Of a stretch of DNA of 43,909 bases, positions 35,401 to 43,909 are shown one piece after another. Made by a program: the position numbers and the translations under genes. The DNA lies in the IMG/VR virus record IMGVR_UViG_2778261176_000017; one strand, given 5' to 3'. How positions within the stretch are numbered: position 1 is the stretch's first letter; each line of letters begins with the position of its first letter. The notes beneath the pieces were generated by a model. That model saw only the letters and a list, made by a program, of their open reading frames with translations. It was not told where the DNA came from and ran no database searches. The stretch is from a virus (taxonomy: Duplodnaviria; Heunggongvirae; Uroviricota; Caudoviricetes).

Positions 35401-38400
35401 ATGGCAGAGCAAACCTCGCGTCTCGCAATAATTATTGATAGCACTGGAGCGAAGAATAATGCTGACAATCTGGCCTCCTCATTAGTCAAAATGACGCAGG
35501 CTGGGGAAACTGCTGCAAATAGCGCAGGGAAAGTGACTAAGGCAACAGAAGATGAGAAGAACGCGCTCGCAAAATTAAAAGCAGCTATTGATCCAGTTGG
35601 TGCCGCAATTGATACTGTCGGTCGACGCTATTCTGAATTAAAGAAATTTTTTAATAAAGGGCTTATTGATAAAGAAGAATATGAATTTCTTGTCCGTAAA
35701 CTTAATGAAACCACAGAGGAATTGAGCGGGGTTGCGCAAGCGCAGAGAGAAGCCGAGAAGGCCGGAAAACTTGCTGCCGCCCAGCAGGAAGCGCAGGCTC
35801 AGGCCTTTCAAAGAATGCTGGACAAGATCGACCCTCTGGCTGCGGCGCTAAGAAATCTTGAACAACAGCAGGATGAACTTAATGCTGCGTTTGCATCCGG
35901 GAAAATAAATGGTTCTCAGTTTGAGAATTATAGCCGAAAAATACAGGAAACACGGCGAGAGCTTACCGGAGAAGCTCAGGCAGAGCGAGAAGCAGCAAAA
36001 GCACATGATGAACAGGTTGCTGCTTTGCAACGTCTGATTGCTCAACTAGATCCTGTCGGAACTGCTTTTAATCGTCTGGTAGAACAACAGAAACAGCTCA
36101 ATGAAGCAAAAGCTAAGGGGATGCTTTCTCCTGAAATGTATGAGGAGCTTTCTGGAAAACTTCGTGCTATGCGGAGTGAGCTTGAGGTTACTCAATCGCA
36201 ATTAAGCAAAACCGGAATGTCGGCAAAACAAACGGCTTTTGCTATGCGCATGTTGCCTGCACAAATGACGGATATTGTTGTTGGGTTGTCCACTGGTCAG
36301 TCGCCATTTATGGTGTTAATGCAGCAGGGCGGCCAGCTAAAAGATATGTTCGGTGGGATTGGCCCGGCGATCAAAGGTGTAGGTTCTTATGTGCTGGGAT
36401 TAATTAATCCTTTTACCCTGGCCGCAGCAGCCGTTGGCGTCTTAGGGCTGGCTTACTATAAAGGCTCTCAGGAGCAGGACGAATTTAATAAATCTCTTAT
36501 TCTTACCGGAAATCAGTTGGGGATAACCAGCGGGCAATTGGCCGATATAGCTCAACGTGCCGGGAATGCGGCTGATTCGACAACTGGCGCTGCGGCGGCA
36601 GTATTAAACCAGCTTGTGCGTTCGGGAAAGGTAGCGAGCAGTTCGCTGGAGCAAGTGACGACAGCGATAGTAAAAACGAGCGAAGTAACAGGAATATCAA
36701 CCGAACAACTGGTTAATGACTTCAATGAAATTGCAAAGGATCCTGTCAGTGCTATATCAAAACTTAATGATCAGTACCATTTTCTGACACTTGCGACTTA
36801 TAACCAGATTAAGGCGCTACAGGATGAAGGGAACCAGCAGGAGGCCGCCCGCATTGCGACAGAAGCATACTCATCCTCAATGATCCAGCGCACCAACCAG
36901 ATTAAAGAAAATCTTGGTTATCTTGAGACTGCATGGAAAGCTGTCGCAGACTCCGCAAAATGGGCATGGGATTCCATGCTGGATATTGGCCGTGAGGCCT
37001 CCCTTGATCAAAAAATCTCAGATGTTCTCCGTCAAATTGATGAAATAGAAAAAAATACCCGACCCGGAGTTTTCGGGTTAGGTGGCATTGGAGATGGCGG
37101 AGCTCAAAATAAAAAGCTGGCACGATTAAAGCAGCAATTGGGCGTACTTCAAGCAGAAAAAATTGCTCAGGACGTACTAAATTCATCAATAAACGATTAC
37201 AACAAGCGACAACAGGAAGGAATTGAACTCAGACAGAGAGCAGATGCTTTTTCAAAACAATATCAGACCCGGGAGCAGCAGAGAGCTAGTGAACTTGCAA
37301 AACTGGAAAAGCTAAAGAATCAGTATTCAAAGGAAGAATATAATAATCTTATCGCTCAAATAAATGAGCGTTATAAAGATCCAAAGCAACCAAAGGCGAA
37401 AGGTTATTCGGATGATGCTGCCCAACGAATGATTGATCATCTGAATCAACAGAATGCGTTACTAAGTTCACAAGCTGAATTGACCGTTAAATTAAGTTCC
37501 TCTGAACAGGAACTGGTTAAGTGGCGTCAGCAGATTGCCGACCTGGAGTCACGACCGTCATCGAAATTAACCCAGGATCAGAAATCGCTTCTCTTACACC
37601 GGGAAGAAATAACCGCGTTGATGGAGAAAAATGTTGCGATTGAAAAAAATAACAGGCTAATCAAGGAATCCGCCGAAATAGCTGCATGGCGTGATTCATT
37701 GCAGGCTTCGATTGATAATCGTCAACAGGGGTATGACATTCAGATTGCTGGTTATGGGGTTGGCGATAAAAATCAGCAACGCCAGCAGGAATTACTGCGG
37801 ATTGAACGTGAATATAACAATCAGCGTCTGCAACTTGAACGTGACTATGCAGATAAATCCCGTGGAATGTCAAATCATGTTTTTCAGGAGAAAATGCAGG
37901 CTCTGAATGATGCTCGGGAACGAGAAAAAGAAATTGTCAGCCAGATAAACGAGCAGCTCGATATTCAGGCAGGAGACTGGATTAGTGGTGCCTCCCAGGG
38001 ATTCAATAACTGGCTGGATGACACTAAGGATATCAGTGAGCAGATAAAATCAACCACGACTCAGATGTTTGATGGGATGACCGATGCGCTGGGTGATTTT
38101 GTCACGACAGGCAAGGCAAATTTTCGTTCTTTCGCTACTTCCGTGATTTCGGATCTTAGTCGAATAGCATTAAAGGCTTCAATTACTGGGATTTTCGACA
38201 GCATTAGTAACAGTTCTTCTGGGGGGATTTTAGGAACTATCGGGAGTGCTATTAGTAAATTTATTCCGAATGCAAAGGGCGGTGTTTATGAGTCTCCGTC
38301 ATTGAGCACGTATTCGAACGGTATTTATGATTCCCCGCAATTTTTTGCTTTTGCAAAAGGGGCTGGTGTTTTTGGTGAGGCTGGACCGGAAGCTATTATG

Positions 38401-38634
38401 CCATTAACACGAACTTCCGATGGTTCTCTTGGTGTCAGAGCTATTAATAGTAAAAGTGGTAATGGAGGCGGAGATATTACCTATGCCCCTGTATACCAAA
38501 TCACTATTCAAAATGACGGCCAGAATGGAGAGATTGGCCCTCAGGCAATAAAAGCACTTATGGGGATGGTTGATCAGCGGGTGCAGGGCAATCTGTTAAA
38601 TATGCGACGTGATGGGGGAATGTTAAGTGGCTAA
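35401..38634 (+). CDS. Tail tape measure protein (1077 aa)
   Basis: Very long, coiled-coil-rich ORF with a Gly-rich C-terminal region, in the canonical position between the chaperone and minor tail genes. Confidence 0.9.
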   Translation: MAEQTSRLAIIIDSTGAKNNADNLASSLVKMTQAGETAANSAGKVTKATEDEKNALAKLKAAIDPVGAAIDTVGRRYSELKKFFNKGLIDKEEYEFLVRKLNETTEELSGVAQAQREAEKAGKLAAAQQEAQAQAFQRMLDKIDPLAAALRNLEQQQDELNAAFASGKINGSQFENYSRKIQETRRELTGEAQAEREAAKAHDEQVAALQRLIAQLDPVGTAFNRLVEQQKQLNEAKAKGMLSPEMYEELSGKLRAMRSELEVTQSQLSKTGMSAKQTAFAMRMLPAQMTDIVVGLSTGQSPFMVLMQQGGQLKDMFGGIGPAIKGVGSYVLGLINPFTLAAAAVGVLGLAYYKGSQEQDEFNKSLILTGNQLGITSGQLADIAQRAGNAADSTTGAAAAVLNQLVRSGKVASSSLEQVTTAIVKTSEVTGISTEQLVNDFNEIAKDPVSAISKLNDQYHFLTLATYNQIKALQDEGNQQEAARIATEAYSSSMIQRTNQIKENLGYLETAWKAVADSAKWAWDSMLDIGREASLDQKISDVLRQIDEIEKNTRPGVFGLGGIGDGGAQNKKLARLKQQLGVLQAEKIAQDVLNSSINDYNKRQQEGIELRQRADAFSKQYQTREQQRASELAKLEKLKNQYSKEEYNNLIAQINERYKDPKQPKAKGYSDDAAQRMIDHLNQQNALLSSQAELTVKLSSSEQELVKWRQQIADLESRPSSKLTQDQKSLLLHREEITALMEKNVAIEKNNRLIKESAEIAAWRDSLQASIDNRQQGYDIQIAGYGVGDKNQQRQQELLRIEREYNNQRLQLERDYADKSRGMSNHVFQEKMQALNDAREREKEIVSQINEQLDIQAGDWISGASQGFNNWLDDTKDISEQIKSTTTQMFDGMTDALGDFVTTGKANFRSFATSVISDLSRIALKASITGIFDSISNSSSGGILGTIGSAISKFIPNAKGGVYESPSLSTYSNGIYDSPQFFAFAKGAGVFGEAGPEAIMPLTRTSDGSLGVRAINSKSGNGGGDITYAPVYQITIQNDGQNGEIGPQAIKALMGMVDQRVQGNLLNMRRDGGMLSG

Positions 38635-38965
38635 TACGGAAGAATTTCACTGGTTACCAGAGGATGGAATGAAAACAGAAAATAAACCATCGATAAAAAC
38701 TGTAAGATTTGGTGATGGTTATGAGCAACGAAGTCCAAATGGACTTAATCATTCTCTGCGCGTTTTCACCTGTGATTTCAAAGTTGAGGCGAATGAACGT
38801 GATTCATTTGAAAAATTTTTAGCCCGGCATGAAGGCTATAAATCTTTTTTTTGGCGCCCGCCGGGTATTAACAGAAAAATCAGAGTGGTGTGTCGAACGT
38901 GGTCAGCGACAGAACATATCACCTATACCGATTTTTCGTGTCAGTTTGACGAAGTGGTGATCTGA
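38627..38965 (+). CDS. Minor tail protein M-like (112 aa, GTG start overlapping the tape-measure stop)
   Basis: Conserved segment [16 protein letters not shown] ... FFWRPP as recalled for lambda gpM. Confidence 0.85.
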   Translation: MANTEEFHWLPEDGMKTENKPSIKTVRFGDGYEQRSPNGLNHSLRVFTCDFKVEANERDSFEKFLARHEGYKSFFWRPPGINRKIRVVCRTWSATEHITYTDFSCQFDEVVI

Positions 38966-39663
38966 TGCAGGACATACGACAGGAAACACTGAATGAATGT
39001 ATCCGTGCGGAGCAGTCGGCCAGCGTGGTGCTCTGGGAAATTGATCTGACAGAGGTCGGTGGGGAGCGTTACTTTTTCTGCAATGAGCAGAACGAAAAAG
39101 GTGAGCCAGTCACCTGGCAGGGGCGGCAGTATCAGGCATACCCCATTCAGGGGACGGGATTTGAATTGAACGGCAAGGGCAGTGCTGCCCGTCCGACACT
39201 GACGGTCTCTAACCTGCACGGCATGGTCACCGGGATGGCGGAAGATCTGCAGAGTCTGGTCGGCGGAACGGTGGTCCGGCGTAAGGTTTACGCCCGTTTT
39301 CTGGATGCGGTGAACTTCGTCAACGGAAACAGCGAAGCCGATCCGGAGCAGGAGGTGATCAGCCGCTGGCGCATCGAGCAGTGCAGCGAACTGAGCGCGG
39401 TCAGTGCCTCTTTTGTACTGTCCACACCGACTGAAACGGATGGTGCCGTTTTTCCGGGGCGCATCATGCTGGCTAATACCTGCACCTGGACCTATCGCGG
39501 TGATGAGTGCGGTTATCACGGTCCGGCGGTCGCGGATGAATATGACCAGCCGACGTCCGATATCATGAAGGATAAATGCAGCAAATGCCTGAGTGGCTGT
39601 AAGTTTCGCAATAATGTCGGCAACTTTGGCGGCTTCCTTTCCATTAACAAACTTTCGCAGTAA
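38965..39663 (+). CDS. Minor tail protein L-like (232 aa)
   Basis: Near-identical to recalled lambda gpL ([12 protein letters not shown]...CSKCLSGCKFRNNVGNFGGFLSINKLSQ); same length. Confidence 0.9.
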   Translation: MQDIRQETLNECIRAEQSASVVLWEIDLTEVGGERYFFCNEQNEKGEPVTWQGRQYQAYPIQGTGFELNGKGSAARPTLTVSNLHGMVTGMAEDLQSLVGGTVVRRKVYARFLDAVNFVNGNSEADPEQEVISRWRIEQCSELSAVSASFVLSTPTETDGAVFPGRIMLANTCTWTYRGDECGYHGPAVADEYDQPTSDIMKDKCSKCLSGCKFRNNVGNFGGFLSINKLSQ

Positions 39664-39668
39664 ATCCC

Positions 39669-40412
39669 ATGACAGAGACAGAATCAGCGATTCTGGCGCA
39701 CGCCCGGCGATGTGCGCCAGCGGAGTCGTGCGGCTTCGTGGTGAGAACGCCGGAGGGAGAAAGATATCTTCCCTGCGTGAATATCTCCGGTGAGCCGGAG
39801 GCGTATTTCCGGATGGCTCCGGAGGACTGGCTGCAGGCAGAGATGCAGGGTGAGATTGTGGCGCTGGTCCACAGTCATCCCGGTGGTCTGCCCTGGCTGA
39901 GTGAGGCTGACCGGCGGTTGCAGGTGCAGGGTGATTTGCCATGGTGGCTGGTCTGCCGGGGAGCGATTCACAAGTTCCGCTGTGTGCCGCATCTTACTGG
40001 GCGGCGCTTTGAGCACGGGGTGACGGACTGTTACACGCTGTTCCGGGATGCTTATCATCTGGCGGGGATTGAGATGCCGGATTTTCATCGCGGGGATGAC
40101 TGGTGGCGTCACGGTCAGAATCTCTATCTGGATAATCTGGAGGCCACAGGGCTGTATCAGGTGCCGTTGTCATCAGCACAACCGGGCGATGTGCTGCTGT
40201 GCTGTTTTGGTTCATCGGTGCCGAATCATGCCGCCATTTACTGCGGTGATGGCGAGCTGCTGCACCATATTCCTGAACAACTGAGCAAACGAGAGAGGTA
40301 TACCGACAAATGGCAGCGACGCACACACTCCCTCTGGCGTCACCGGGCATGGCACGTATCTGCCTTTACGGGGATTTACAACGATTTGGCCGCCGCATTG
40401 ACCTTCGTGTGA
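39669..40412 (+). CDS. Tail tip assembly protein K-like (247 aa, MPN/JAB plus NlpC/P60 domains)
   Basis: Near-identical to recalled lambda gpK, including the HSHPGG metal-binding segment. Overlaps the next gene by 103 nt, as in lambda. Confidence 0.9.
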   Translation: MTETESAILAHARRCAPAESCGFVVRTPEGERYLPCVNISGEPEAYFRMAPEDWLQAEMQGEIVALVHSHPGGLPWLSEADRRLQVQGDLPWWLVCRGAIHKFRCVPHLTGRRFEHGVTDCYTLFRDAYHLAGIEMPDFHRGDDWWRHGQNLYLDNLEATGLYQVPLSSAQPGDVLLCCFGSSVPNHAAIYCGDGELLHHIPEQLSKRERYTDKWQRRTHSLWRHRAWHVSAFTGIYNDLAAALTFV

Positions 40413-40957
40413 AAACGGGGGCTGAAGCCATCCGGGCGCTGGCCACACAGCTTCCGTCGTTTCGTCAGAAACTGAGCGACGGCTGGTATCAGGTGCGTAT
40501 TGCCGGGCGTGATGCCGGCGAAACTGAATTATCAGCCCGTCTTAATGAACCGCTGGCAAATGGTGCAGTGATCCACATCGTACCGCGTCTGGCGGGAGCC
40601 AAAAGTGGCGGTGTTTTTCAGGCTGTGCTGGGTGCGGCGCTGATTGCGGTGGCGTGGTGGAACCCCGCAGGCTGGCTGGGTGCCGCGGCTTTATCGGGCA
40701 TGTATGCGGCAGGGGCCAGTATGATCCTGGGCGGTGTGGCACAGATGCTGGCACCGAAAGCCAGTACCGCAACAACGACCAGCACGGATAACGGTAAGCA
40801 GAACACGTATTTCTCCTCACTGGATAACATGGTTGCCCAGGGCAATGTTCTGCCTGTTCTGTACGGTGAAATGCGCGTGGGGTCACGCGTGGTTTCTCAG
40901 GAGATCAGCACGGCAGACGAAGGGGATGGTGGTCAGGTTGTGGTGATTGGTCGCTGA
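40310..40957 (+). CDS. Tail tip assembly protein I-like (215 aa)
   Basis: N-terminus MAATHTLPLASPGMARICLYGDLQRFGRRIDLRV and C-terminus match recalled lambda gpI; the Gly/Ala-rich middle is shorter. Confidence 0.85.
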   Translation: MAATHTLPLASPGMARICLYGDLQRFGRRIDLRVKTGAEAIRALATQLPSFRQKLSDGWYQVRIAGRDAGETELSARLNEPLANGAVIHIVPRLAGAKSGGVFQAVLGAALIAVAWWNPAGWLGAAALSGMYAAGASMILGGVAQMLAPKASTATTTSTDNGKQNTYFSSLDNMVAQGNVLPVLYGEMRVGSRVVSQEISTADEGDGGQVVVIGR

Positions 40958-41014
40958 TGCAAAATGTTTTATGTGAAACCGCCTCCAGGCGGTTTTATCG
41001 TTTATGGAGCATGA

Positions 41015-43909
<2,895 letters not shown>

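Overview
The window is essentially one lambdoid prophage of the E. coli Rac type, read from the integrase stop codon (nt 1-3) to inside the host-specificity gene J, which runs off the right edge. All calls rest on reading the translated ORFs, motifs and recalled family knowledge; no database search was run. Gene order: int/xis and a minus-strand early operon (ydaC, ralR, recT, recE, racC, ydaE, kilR), sieB, ydaG/ydaF, the immunity region (racR flanked by palindromic operator-like sites, divergent from ydaS-ydaT), replication genes (a ydaU-like ORF interrupted by an in-frame TAG, DnaC-like ydaV), then a visibly AT-rich insert of about 4.3 kb. That insert carries a C5-cytosine DNA methyltransferase translationally coupled to a 660-aa GHKL (Bergerat-fold) ATPase protein, and is the best candidate for an uncharacterised restriction-modification-like or defence module. 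Downstream are a nin-like region, antiterminator Q, a tRNA-Thr(UGU)/tRNA-Gly(UCC) pair, a phage-21-type lysis cassette with two extra convergent ORFs, the trkG moron, a ParB-like/GT-A-like gene pair, and a complete late module ending in lambda-like M-L-K-I-J. No rRNA, CRISPR array or IS element was recognised.
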